Position numbers and translations under genes: made by a program
Source: an uncultured virus (IMG/VR IMGVR_UViG_3300027227_000004)
Lineage: Duplodnaviria > Heunggongvirae > Uroviricota > Caudoviricetes
Direction: 5' to 3' (one strand)
Virus record (IMG/VR): IMGVR_UViG_3300027227_000004
Length of the DNA stretch: 64,000 nucleotides
Notes under the pieces: generated by a model
Databases searched by the model: none
Seen by the model: the letters and a program-made list of their open reading frames with translations, nothing else
Told to the model about the DNA's origin: nothing
Shown here: positions 46,675 to 54,982 of the stretch, piece after piece
How the letters are laid out: every line of letters starts with the position of its first letter
Numbering within the stretch: position 1 is the stretch's first letter

Positions 46675-47011
46675 AAAGAACGATATTGTAGAAGTTACGG
46701 GTGGTTACTTTCCAGATTTCACAGGAGAAGTCGTAGAGGTAGATACAGAAGCCGAACGAGTAGTAGTTTGGTTTGAGCATGTCACTACTACAGAATTCTC
46801 AGACTTTCATGTGGAATATTACGGCGAGGGTATCAATTATCTTCATTGTCCTATGTCAACCGTCCGGCCAAAACTGGAAGAAGTATTTAGACTTCTTAAC
46901 GACGCCGCAGCCATTATGGAAGATACTGGTGGGGTAGAAAGCAACATGTTAGACGAGGTTGCAGATTTAATTATGCAAGCTGCTATAAAACTAAAGGCCT
47001 TTGGCAACTAA
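46634..47011 (+). CDS. KOW-motif protein (NusG C-terminal domain-like)
   Basis: NDIVEVTGGYFPDFTGEVVEVDTEAERVVV. Confidence 0.65.
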   Translation: MSDKSYTPILHSLKKNDIVEVTGGYFPDFTGEVVEVDTEAERVVVWFEHVTTTEFSDFHVEYYGEGINYLHCPMSTVRPKLEEVFRLLNDAAAIMEDTGGVESNMLDEVADLIMQAAIKLKAFGN

Positions 47012-47032
47012 AATTACCCGACCTTAAAGAAC
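47012..47032 (+). promoter_or_regulatory. Phage RNAP promoter, +1 G47029
   Basis: AATTACCCGACCTTAAA|GAAC. Confidence 0.8.
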
Positions 47033-47052
47033 AATACATATACGGAGACAAC

Positions 47053-47307
47053 ATGTCAGACCTACGTACAGAGAATTTTCTTGCAATTCTACCCTCACTC
47101 CAAACGGGGGATATTCTTATTATTGCAGAAACAGAAGATCTACCTTCATCCGTCTTTCGGATTGATGAAGTAGGTGATGGCTTCATTACGGGTTATGCAT
47201 CTTTTGATGATAACGAAGATGAAGAAGAGTATGGTGAACTTTATGAAGAAGATTACCATCTTGTTCAGCAGGTTATTATTGACCTGACCGAAGTAAAAGA
47301 AGAATAA
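47053..47307 (+). CDS. Acidic hypothetical protein
   Basis: GGAG RBS. Confidence 0.7.
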   Translation: MSDLRTENFLAILPSLQTGDILIIAETEDLPSSVFRIDEVGDGFITGYASFDDNEDEEEYGELYEEDYHLVQQVIIDLTEVKEE

Positions 47308-47359
47308 AACAACCTAACGTAAACAACCTTAATTATATTAATCCAAAAGGAAAACAGCA

Positions 47360-48007
47360 ATGGCTATCGTAAAAAACGTCGAACTATGGTGGGTAAAGTG
47401 TGATGCAAAGCGTCCAATCAAGAATCAGGATGCTGGTAAACCAGATTACTGGGAAATTCAGCTTCGCACTACTGACAAAAAGCTCGCTCTAGAATGGGCT
47501 AAAGAGAATGTTAAGTTCAAACCACTAAAGCGGACTCTTCGTGACGAAGAAGGTAATCCTATTCTAGATGATATGGGTGAAGAGCAATCAGAACTTGTTC
47601 TATCAGATGAAGGTAAACCCTACTTTGCAGTAAAAGTTCGGCGTAAGGTTCGTAAGAACGAAGAAGATAATATTGAACTAGACAACAACGGTGAGCCAAA
47701 GATCGTTAAGTTTGTTGGGGGTAATCTTCAGAAGATTGATCCTAATACCGTTGGTAACAAGTCAGTAGGCAATGTTAACCTTTATCAATACCCCTATTCT
47801 TTCAAGCAAAACGGTAAGACTGTAGAAGGTATTGCTAACACACTAATGAGCGTACAAGTCACTAAACTTCACAAGTATGAAAGCAAGTCCTCAGAAGGAT
47901 TTGAAATGACAGACATGGAGGTTATTGACGGTTCTGGTAATGTGTCTCGTGCAACCGAGAGTGCAGACCACGATGACAACGATATCGACGATGATATCCC
48001 GTTTTGA
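47360..48007 (+). CDS. Single-stranded DNA-binding protein (T7 gp2.5-like)
   Basis: VGN.S.GNV, L.SVQV.KL, acidic tail ending DDDIPF. Confidence 0.8.
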   Translation: MAIVKNVELWWVKCDAKRPIKNQDAGKPDYWEIQLRTTDKKLALEWAKENVKFKPLKRTLRDEEGNPILDDMGEEQSELVLSDEGKPYFAVKVRRKVRKNEEDNIELDNNGEPKIVKFVGGNLQKIDPNTVGNKSVGNVNLYQYPYSFKQNGKTVEGIANTLMSVQVTKLHKYESKSSEGFEMTDMEVIDGSGNVSRATESADHDDNDIDDDIPF

Positions 48008-48017
48008 TTAAAACAAG

Positions 48018-48046
48018 GAGGGGGAGCTTAACGGCTCTCCCTTTTA
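48018..48046 (+). terminator. Stem-loop terminator after SSB
   Basis: GAGGGGGAGCT-TAAC-GGCTCTCCCTT then TT. Confidence 0.7.
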
Positions 48047-48069
48047 ATTCTAATTAGTCAGGAAATACT

Positions 48070-48633
48070 ATGTATAATCGTGATGTAAAGCTAATTCAAG
48101 ATCATGTTCTAAAGACTGGTCCAGAAGGAATTGTAGACGTATTCACCGCAGTTATTGCGACGATTAGGACACCTTTTTACCGCATTGTCCATATAACTAA
48201 TGACATTAAGAAGAATAAACAAAGCTCGAAACAACTCTGGGGTCATAAAAAAGACAGTTATACTGATGTAGTAAAACGTAAAGAGGAACTATACGAGTTG
48301 TTTGAAAGCTCTGCACCAGAAAAACTCTTATATAAAGAAGTGCTAAAGATAAAAGGTCTTGGTCTAGCAAAGGCAGGCTTCGCTTTACAGATGCTAGGTT
48401 ACAATGTTGCCTGTCTTGACACACACAATCTCAAACGACTGGGATATGGCTCATCTCACTTCAATCGTAAAGATCGCTTAGAAGAATACCTAGAAGTTGT
48501 TAAGAAAGAAGGGGCGGAGTACTGGTGGGATACATGGTGTAACTTAATACCACAAACTTCCGGTAAAAATCGTGATTTTAAGGATGCTGATGAGGTATCC
48601 TATACCCATACTATCGCAGTAAGAGGATACTGA
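48070..48633 (+). CDS. HhH-fold DNA glycosylase-like protein
   Basis: IKGLGLAKAGF...VACLDTHNL resembles HhH plus conserved Asp of the Ogg/EndoIII superfamily. Confidence 0.6.
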   Translation: MYNRDVKLIQDHVLKTGPEGIVDVFTAVIATIRTPFYRIVHITNDIKKNKQSSKQLWGHKKDSYTDVVKRKEELYELFESSAPEKLLYKEVLKIKGLGLAKAGFALQMLGYNVACLDTHNLKRLGYGSSHFNRKDRLEEYLEVVKKEGAEYWWDTWCNLIPQTSGKNRDFKDADEVSYTHTIAVRGY

Positions 48634-48637
48634 TAAA

Positions 48638-49078
48638 ATGACACATTTTAATATCTATCTTGCAGGCCCAATTGAGAACGCTACTATCGAAGAAATGAGC
48701 TGGTGGCGTAAAGGAATTATTGATGAAATGCAGCTATACCCTGTCAACTTTCTAGATCCTACCCGAAGAGAACCTGTTCATCTACAGTCTCGTTATGCTC
48801 TTACAGGCAATCAACGGCGTAATCTCTACAATCAAATTATGACACAGGATCTTATGGATATCGATCGATCAGATCTTATCTTTGCTAATATCCGTTCGGT
48901 AGATGGACGAGGTATTGGTACCGCTATGGAGATTATGTATGCAAGTCTTCAGAGGAAACCAATTATTGCATGGTCAGGGAAAGATGACCAACATCACCCT
49001 TTCTATGAGTCGCTTGTAACAGAAAAGCATCACAATCTTGATGAAGCAATCGAAGCAATGCGGAGCTATGTAAAATGA
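48638..49078 (+). CDS. Nucleoside 2-deoxyribosyltransferase/deoxynucleotide N-hydrolase-like protein
   Basis: IYLAGP, DL.DID.SD, GTAMEI.YA motifs. Confidence 0.85.
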   Translation: MTHFNIYLAGPIENATIEEMSWWRKGIIDEMQLYPVNFLDPTRREPVHLQSRYALTGNQRRNLYNQIMTQDLMDIDRSDLIFANIRSVDGRGIGTAMEIMYASLQRKPIIAWSGKDDQHHPFYESLVTEKHHNLDEAIEAMRSYVK

Positions 49079-49260
49079 GACTTTACACTGTAGAGCTACT
49101 TGATGCAGACGGTTATTGGGAAGCCACTCCAACTGGTTATACTAGTAAAGAGACTGCGATTAATAAGGCTATGACTATTAAGGAAAAAGAAGAGATGGTC
49201 AGAGTAGTAGTTCAAGAAGTTATTTATGAATTTGCAGATGGAGAGGAGTGGTTTGCATGA
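49075..49260 (+). CDS. Hypothetical protein
   Basis: Coupled ORF. Confidence 0.6.
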   Translation: MRLYTVELLDADGYWEATPTGYTSKETAINKAMTIKEKEEMVRVVVQEVIYEFADGEEWFA

Positions 49261-49463
49261 CTATGGATGAAGCATTTGTTAGCCCAGAAGATAAATGGAC
49301 TGACTGGGAACTTCTGGAAGATATGTATGAAGAACGAGCAGCTATCTTACAATTTGAAGCTAATTACTCTCAATTTGAAGCCGAGAATTTAGCTGCTCAG
49401 ATGTATGGATTCTATAATAAAGCACATCTAAAATACCATATTCAAGAGCTTAAGGCAAAATGA
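49257..49463 (+). CDS. Hypothetical protein (EERAAIL.FEA motif)
   Basis: Coupled ORF, GGAGAGGAG RBS. Confidence 0.65.
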   Translation: MTMDEAFVSPEDKWTDWELLEDMYEERAAILQFEANYSQFEAENLAAQMYGFYNKAHLKYHIQELKAK

Positions 49464-49894
49464 CTAAAGACTACAACCGAGTAGAAATGCGTATTTTAAA
49501 AGAAATACATAAGGAAAAGCAGATGAAAGATAAAGCAGAAGATAGACCGTTTCGAGAGGAGATCCCTGAACTTATGGGAAAAATCTTTGATGACACACCG
49601 GACTTTCATGGTGACTTTAAAAGTATGAGTGAGGAACAGCAAGATGCAATCATTAACCCTCAACACTATAAACTGATTTCTCGAGAAGCTTATGAAAAGT
49701 TCCCGAATGGTCTTGAATATATGAACTTGATGGAATATATTCTTGCTCATCATAAAGGTGTCGAGGCACATTTACTAGGCCAGATTTTTAAGTATGCAAT
49801 GCGTCTTGGTAAGAAAGATGATGATCTTCAAGATGCCAAGAAAATTCAGTGGTATGCAAACTATCTCGTTAACGTAATCAAGGAACGTTCCTAA
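49460..49894 (+). CDS. DUF3310/T7 gp1.7-like putative nucleotide kinase
   Basis: INPQHY ... G...KY..R.GKK...QD.KK..WY. Confidence 0.8.
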   Translation: MTKDYNRVEMRILKEIHKEKQMKDKAEDRPFREEIPELMGKIFDDTPDFHGDFKSMSEEQQDAIINPQHYKLISREAYEKFPNGLEYMNLMEYILAHHKGVEAHLLGQIFKYAMRLGKKDDDLQDAKKIQWYANYLVNVIKERS

Positions 49895-50142
49895 TGTCTT
49901 ATGAAGAAGTCATTGCTCGTGTTATGAGAGTAGCAAGCATTGTCGAGCTTGATGCTAAAAACCAAGATAACAAAGAACGTATGAAAGAGATCATTAATCT
50001 TGCAAGAATCTTGAAATTTCAAACAAATGAGGTTCAACAAGAACTGAATGATCTAAAAGAATGGGTTGCTCAATACATTGAAATGTCTCAAGATGACTTT
50101 GACAAGTACTGGCGACAACAAAGAGTGAATTTTTACAAGTAA
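49894..50142 (+). CDS. Hypothetical protein
   Basis: Coupled ORF. Confidence 0.6.
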   Translation: MSYEEVIARVMRVASIVELDAKNQDNKERMKEIINLARILKFQTNEVQQELNDLKEWVAQYIEMSQDDFDKYWRQQRVNFYK

Positions 50143-50145
50143 TTA

Positions 50146-50166
50146 CGATATCTGACCTTAAAGAAC
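50146..50166 (+). promoter_or_regulatory. Phage RNAP promoter, +1 G50163
   Basis: CGATATCTGACCTTAAA|GAAC. Confidence 0.75.
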
Positions 50167-50181
50167 AACTAGGAGAAAACT

Positions 50182-50346
50182 ATGACTGATTATCGGTTTG
50201 TTCGTAAGATTGCTAAGATGTATCGTGACATGCATCCTGATTACTCAATCCGGAAAGCTGTGTTTAGGGCCTACGAAGCTTATGAGTTCTATCGTGAAAC
50301 TGAAATCAAAATCATGGATGAACACTATGAAAAGGGGTATCAATGA
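50182..50346 (+). CDS. 54-aa hypothetical protein (not in ORF track)
   Basis: AGGAG RBS; stop overlaps the DNA polymerase start (ATGA). Confidence 0.65.
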   Translation: MTDYRFVRKIAKMYRDMHPDYSIRKAVFRAYEAYEFYRETEIKIMDEHYEKGYQ

Positions 50347-52328
50347 AACGTTATGTATTCGATATTGAAACAGATAACTTACTGAGGAAACTGACTACAT
50401 TTCACTGTGCTGGTGTTAAAGACCATGATACAGGTGAAGAGTGGTTCTACAATTCCAATAATCAAGGCGACTTTCAGGCATTTCTTGATAAGCTCGATGA
50501 AGCCGATGTCATTGTAGCGCATAATGCGTGGGGATTTGACGTCCCTGCGCTTATGAAACTAGCACCTTACTGGACACCTAAAGCCAAAGTTACTTGTACA
50601 AAAGTGCTATCACAAGTTTTAAACTTCGCAAGATTTTCAACTGAGAGTAAGGACTATCGTAGGTATTTAGCTGTCAGACAGAAAAGACTAGAAAAGGGCG
50701 ACACTTCTGTAAAAAAAGTTATTCAAGGTTCAGGACATAGTCTTGCTCGCTGGGGTATTTATCTTAGTGATTATAAGGGTGAATTTAATGATTTCTCTCA
50801 ATTCTCTGAAGAGATGTATGAATACTTAAAGCAAGATGTTAGACTAGGTGCTAAGGTGTATGCAACACTCTTAGACGAGCTTAAAGTGCATATCACTAAG
50901 AGTAAGAGCCGTAAGATTCTAGATGCTATTGAAGTTGAGCATCAAATGGAAAGGATTATGACTGAGGAAACTCAGAACGGTTGGAAAATGAATTTAAACG
51001 GGCTTTCTGATATTAAGCAGAAGCTTGAAGACAAAATTAAAGAATATTCCGATGAGATTAATCCAAAGCTTCTTGTTTATGTTACTAGCCCTGATATGTC
51101 AGGCAAAGCTCTAAATGAACTTAGAGAGCAGATTAAAGAATTAAAAAAGAAAGGCGAGCTAGAGGAAAACTGGCCCGAAGCAAAATATGTCAAGACGGTC
51201 TTCACCAAGAAAGGTAAACTTACAGCCCACGTATCCAATTATTTTGAGCTTGATCCTGACACCTCAATTGATTCTAGCCCCGTTCTCGGCCCTTACACTC
51301 GTGTCTCTCTTACTCGTGGTGATATCGGTAATACAGATCAGGTCAAGGATTACTTATCTACAATCGGGTGGGAGCCAGATGAATGGAACTGGAAGAGAGA
51401 CGAAAATGGAAAATTCAACAAGACTTCCTCAAAGCTCACAGAGTCTTCACTTGAGCCACTTGGAAGAGTAGGCGAAGTAATTAATGAGTTTTATACGCTA
51501 CGTTCACGTCTTAGTATTATTAATGGTTGGGATGAACATATTGACGTTAATAACCGTTTACACGGTGACGTCTTTAATATCGGAACACCTACCTTCAGAC
51601 AGACCCACAATATCATCGCAAACCTTCCCTCCGGAAGCGCCACACTAGGCCCAGAAATCCGTAGTGCATTTATTGCAGATGAGGGAAAAGTTCTAGTATC
51701 TGCTGACTCCGCTGCTTGTCAGTTGAGGCTTCTTGCTCACTTTATGGATGATCCAAAGTTTACTAGAGAGTTGCTTGAAGGTGATGTTCATCAACTAAAT
51801 GCTGATATTATTGAATGCACACGACCACAAGCTAAAAGATTTATCTTTGCTTACCTTTATGGTGCGGGTGCTCCTAAACTTAGTGGGTATATCGATAAAT
51901 CAGTAGAAGAAACTAAGAAGTCAATTTCTCGTTATAAGAAGAAGCTACCTAAGTTAGCTAAACTTATCGACAATGTTTCTTCTCAAGTTAGACAGAATGG
52001 GTACGTTGTTGGTCTCGATACAAGAAAACTATGCCTAGATGCTTCTGAACAGCACAAAGCTCTTAACTACCTTATTCAAGGTGCAGAGGCTGTAATTATG
52101 AAAGCTACTGTTGTAATGATTGATCAGAAACTAAAAGAAGCAAATATTGACTTTAAACATCTGCTATTCTATCACGATGAACATACTGTTGAAGTTCGTG
52201 AAGATCAGGCTGAAGAAGCTCGTGGTATTATTATGAAATGCTTTGCAGAAGCACCGAAGGCCTATGGTATCAACATTATGACCTGCGGCGATTGCAAAAT
52301 TGGTAAAGATTATTACGAAGTACACTAA
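50343..52328 (+). CDS. Family A DNA polymerase with 3'-5' exonuclease (T7 gp5-like)
   Basis: FDIET, AHN..GFD, Y..QDV exonuclease motifs; ADSAACQLR (A), R..AKRFIFAYLYG (B), YHDE (C). Confidence 0.95.
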   Translation: MKRYVFDIETDNLLRKLTTFHCAGVKDHDTGEEWFYNSNNQGDFQAFLDKLDEADVIVAHNAWGFDVPALMKLAPYWTPKAKVTCTKVLSQVLNFARFSTESKDYRRYLAVRQKRLEKGDTSVKKVIQGSGHSLARWGIYLSDYKGEFNDFSQFSEEMYEYLKQDVRLGAKVYATLLDELKVHITKSKSRKILDAIEVEHQMERIMTEETQNGWKMNLNGLSDIKQKLEDKIKEYSDEINPKLLVYVTSPDMSGKALNELREQIKELKKKGELEENWPEAKYVKTVFTKKGKLTAHVSNYFELDPDTSIDSSPVLGPYTRVSLTRGDIGNTDQVKDYLSTIGWEPDEWNWKRDENGKFNKTSSKLTESSLEPLGRVGEVINEFYTLRSRLSIINGWDEHIDVNNRLHGDVFNIGTPTFRQTHNIIANLPSGSATLGPEIRSAFIADEGKVLVSADSAACQLRLLAHFMDDPKFTRELLEGDVHQLNADIIECTRPQAKRFIFAYLYGAGAPKLSGYIDKSVEETKKSISRYKKKLPKLAKLIDNVSSQVRQNGYVVGLDTRKLCLDASEQHKALNYLIQGAEAVIMKATVVMIDQKLKEANIDFKHLLFYHDEHTVEVREDQAEEARGIIMKCFAEAPKAYGINIMTCGDCKIGKDYYEVH

Positions 52329-52720
52329 TGGGTGAGTATAATAAAGAAATACGTAACAGAATTAAGCTTTCTGTTGCAGCTTATGCTTATGCGTACAAGA
52401 ATGAATCTATTATGTCTGACGCAAAGTTTGATGAGCCTTCTAGGGTTCTATCACAAGGAAGTATGATTATGGAAACTAATAAACAGCTACTGGCAATTCT
52501 TGACAGCGCAGAAAATCTTCGTCTGCGTACTACGATGTCTCGAAATAACAATATTAAGAGGAAATTGATGGATGCAGCAAATGAAGGACTTAATTACACA
52601 AGTTTTCCAGAAGAAACTCTCACTAAAGAAGATATTTTCAGCCTTAAAGAATTGGGCTACACAATTTATCACGTTGTTGCTCCGTTCAGTAAAAAGACCA
52701 CATATGAAGTTTGTTGGTAA
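52328..52720 (+). CDS. Hypothetical protein; N-terminus resembles NAD-ligase subdomain Ia
   Basis: AAYAY....SIMSDAKFD. Confidence 0.55.
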   Translation: MGEYNKEIRNRIKLSVAAYAYAYKNESIMSDAKFDEPSRVLSQGSMIMETNKQLLAILDSAENLRLRTTMSRNNNIKRKLMDAANEGLNYTSFPEETLTKEDIFSLKELGYTIYHVVAPFSKKTTYEVCW

Positions 52721-52928
52721 ATACTTCTTTAGAGTGTTTACTGCCCTGTCTGTATTAGTTAACGTAATGTTAGGTGGGCAACTAGGACAAACTTTTTCAG
52801 CTAGAAACTGGCAGTGGAAGAAAGATGGTAAGCTAAATCTAGTATGGTTAATTGATTTCTTATGTCTGCCGTTAGAAACAAATCACTGCTCCCACGCTTG
52901 GGTGTGGTGGAAAACAAGGAGGTGGTAA
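52704..52928 (+). CDS. Small phage protein
   Basis: S.L.NV.LGG...QTFSAR...ID.L....NHC motif. Confidence 0.7.
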   Translation: MKFVGKYFFRVFTALSVLVNVMLGGQLGQTFSARNWQWKKDGKLNLVWLIDFLCLPLETNHCSHAWVWWKTRRW

Positions 52929-53152
52929 TGTTCACTGTAGAGTTTGAATCAGATGCTGCTGTCATTCGTTCTCTCGCAGAAGATGATATGCATGAGGATA
53001 TTGAAATTATTATTGGTGATGATGGAACCGTATTTATACGGCAATGGCAAGACTGGAAGGATGAATACGACGTTTTACACATCAGCTGGCAGCAGCTAAT
53101 TGATGTTGTTTCAGCTATTAATTCCCCTGAAGGCGCATTCTATAGGAGATAA
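52928..53152 (+). CDS. Hypothetical protein
   Basis: GGAGGTGG RBS, TAATG coupling. Confidence 0.7.
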   Translation: MFTVEFESDAAVIRSLAEDDMHEDIEIIIGDDGTVFIRQWQDWKDEYDVLHISWQQLIDVVSAINSPEGAFYRR

Positions 53153-53154
53153 CT

Positions 53155-53439
53155 ATGCGTACTGAAATCTATAACGAACTTGCTCTTCACTTTGTTGAAA
53201 ATGAAACTACTGATGAGACTCTTTTCACAGGCTTTTCAAGCGAATCTGGTGAAGTTATGAAAGAACGAATGAAAGAAGTTCGCAAAAAGATGGATCGAAC
53301 AGATGAAATTATTGACGAATGTTCTGATGTTCTATGGTATATTACCGTTATTGCTCATAAACGAGGTAAGACTTTAAAAGATCTGATGGATCATAACATT
53401 TCTAAACTTGAGCTTCGTCTTCTTGGAAACAAGGTGTAA
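53155..53439 (+). CDS. MazG-like nucleotide pyrophosphohydrolase
   Basis: G...E.GEV ... DE..DVLWY ... NI.KL..R. Confidence 0.8.
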   Translation: MRTEIYNELALHFVENETTDETLFTGFSSESGEVMKERMKEVRKKMDRTDEIIDECSDVLWYITVIAHKRGKTLKDLMDHNISKLELRLLGNKV

Positions 53440-53440
53440 C

Positions 53441-53638
53441 ATGAAACCTAAATTTAAACACGACTGCGAGGATCGTTCTTGCTGTCGTTTTATTACACAC
53501 CGCAAGGGTAAAGACATTTATACCTATAATATTGGTCAAGGAATTCTTGTAAGATTTGGAGACGAACCACAAGATAATTTAACTTATGACCTAGAAGTAT
53601 TAACAAAAATTGGAGTACTTGATGATTGGATTAGTTGA
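53441..53638 (+). CDS. Hypothetical protein
   Basis: PKF.HDC...C motif; AAGGTG RBS. Confidence 0.6.
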   Translation: MKPKFKHDCEDRSCCRFITHRKGKDIYTYNIGQGILVRFGDEPQDNLTYDLEVLTKIGVLDDWIS

Positions 53639-54347
53639 CGGTGATGGATTTATTTATTTTGCTTATTGGAAGAAAGATAATCTCACCGCTGCTGTTGCTC
53701 ACCTTCACGAGCTAATTGATAACGCAAAAAATGAAAACTTTTGTGATTATTTAGCTATTGCGGTGGGAGGCTCTGATAACTGGCGAAATGATTTTTATTG
53801 GGGTTACAAGAAGTCAGTAGGTCGTGAGAATTCTCGTAAAACAATGCCTGAATGGTTGCCTGACCTTAAAGCAGAGCTTGCTAATCGTTCAGATGCAATC
53901 CTGACAGACAACATTGAGGCAGACGATGTGATTCGAATGTGGGCTGAACAATGTAAGGCGCATAATAAGGATTACATTGTAATTAGTCATGACAAAGATC
54001 TTGACTGTATTGAAGGCTTGCACTTTGATCCTCGTAAATGGAGAAACTATCACGTTTCTGAAGAACAATCAGATGTTTCTTATTGGAAACAATTACTTAT
54101 GGGGGATGGAATTGATAACATTCCAGGAATTAAGGGAATTGGTCCTAAGAAAGCGGATAAGCTGCTTGAAGGGCTTCAAACGCATGAAGAGAGAAGGAGA
54201 CTTGTTTGCCAAGAGTATTATAAAGTATACGGTAATGAAGGATATGCTAACCTTCTTGCTAATGGCCGTCTTCTTCATATTATGCGGCATGTTAATGATT
54301 ACTTTAGCTTAAGTAAGGAAGAATATGAAAAAGCCATTAGCTGTTAA
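53622..54347 (+). CDS. 5'-3' exonuclease (T7 gp6/FEN-like)
   Basis: DGD, YK..R, EADD, DKDL, GD..DNIPGIKGIGPKKA. Confidence 0.93.
   Translation: MIGLVDGDGFIYFAYWKKDNLTAAVAHLHELIDNAKNENFCDYLAIAVGGSDNWRNDFYWGYKKSVGRENSRKTMPEWLPDLKAELANRSDAILTDNIEADDVIRMWAEQCKAHNKDYIVISHDKDLDCIEGLHFDPRKWRNYHVSEEQSDVSYWKQLLMGDGIDNIPGIKGIGPKKADKLLEGLQTHEERRRLVCQEYYKVYGNEGYANLLANGRLLHIMRHVNDYFSLSKEEYEKAISC
53854..53873 (+). promoter_or_regulatory. Degenerate intragenic copy of the phage promoter
   Basis: GGTTGCCTGACCTTAAA|GCA. Confidence 0.45.
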
Positions 54348-54801
54348 CGAGTTAGGGCATTGGCAATTTAAAGGAAAACTAGACCATAGTGACTACTTTG
54401 GATTTCTCTATGCTATTGAGAATAAAGAAACTGGTCAGTGGTATATCGGTAAAAAGAACTTTTTTATCCGTGGCAAGAAATCATCAAAACAGTATGGTAA
54501 AGAACATAGTTGGAGAACATACACTGGATCGTCAGCAGCACTAAATAAAGACATCTCAAAGTACGGTAAAGACAAATTTAACTTCATAATTATTGATCTT
54601 TACAAAACTAAAGGTGGTCTTTATTACGCCGAAGCATATACACAAATGTTGCTTGAAGTAATGACTACTTACTTGACTGACGGTAAAACTCCACGGTTTT
54701 ACAATAGACAAATTGCTGCCATTCGCTTCGTTCCAAAAGAGGAGGTAAGCCTCAAAACAAAACGATTCATAACAAAATTAAAAGGAAAACTTTATGCCTA
54801 G
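54325..54801 (+). CDS. GIY-YIG family endonuclease
   Basis: GFLYAI.N..TG.WYIGKK ... WR.YTGSS ... FYN. Confidence 0.85.
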   Translation: MKKPLAVNELGHWQFKGKLDHSDYFGFLYAIENKETGQWYIGKKNFFIRGKKSSKQYGKEHSWRTYTGSSAALNKDISKYGKDKFNFIIIDLYKTKGGLYYAEAYTQMLLEVMTTYLTDGKTPRFYNRQIAAIRFVPKEEVSLKTKRFITKLKGKLYA

Positions 54802-54982
54802 TTTAGCAGTTGCTCTTTACATTTCAAGTCTTATCACGATAGGTGCTCAAATACTATCTATGATGTTAGGTTTTCCTCTTATGAATCCTCTAAGTGCTAT
54901 AATGATTTTTATGTTCTTTCAAGAACTTTCTAAACTCGTAATCCAATTCTCAGGAAGTGAAGATGGGGAAGATAGTAAGTAA
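54794..54982 (+). CDS. Small membrane protein
   Basis: AAGGA RBS; two hydrophobic segments. Confidence 0.6.
   Translation: MPSLAVALYISSLITIGAQILSMMLGFPLMNPLSAIMIFMFFQELSKLVIQFSGSEDGEDSK

Noticed and set aside
54325..54801. GIY-YIG (and the HNH at 41092) as intron-encoded homing endonucleases
   Set aside because: Flanking genes are intact; both appear free-standing
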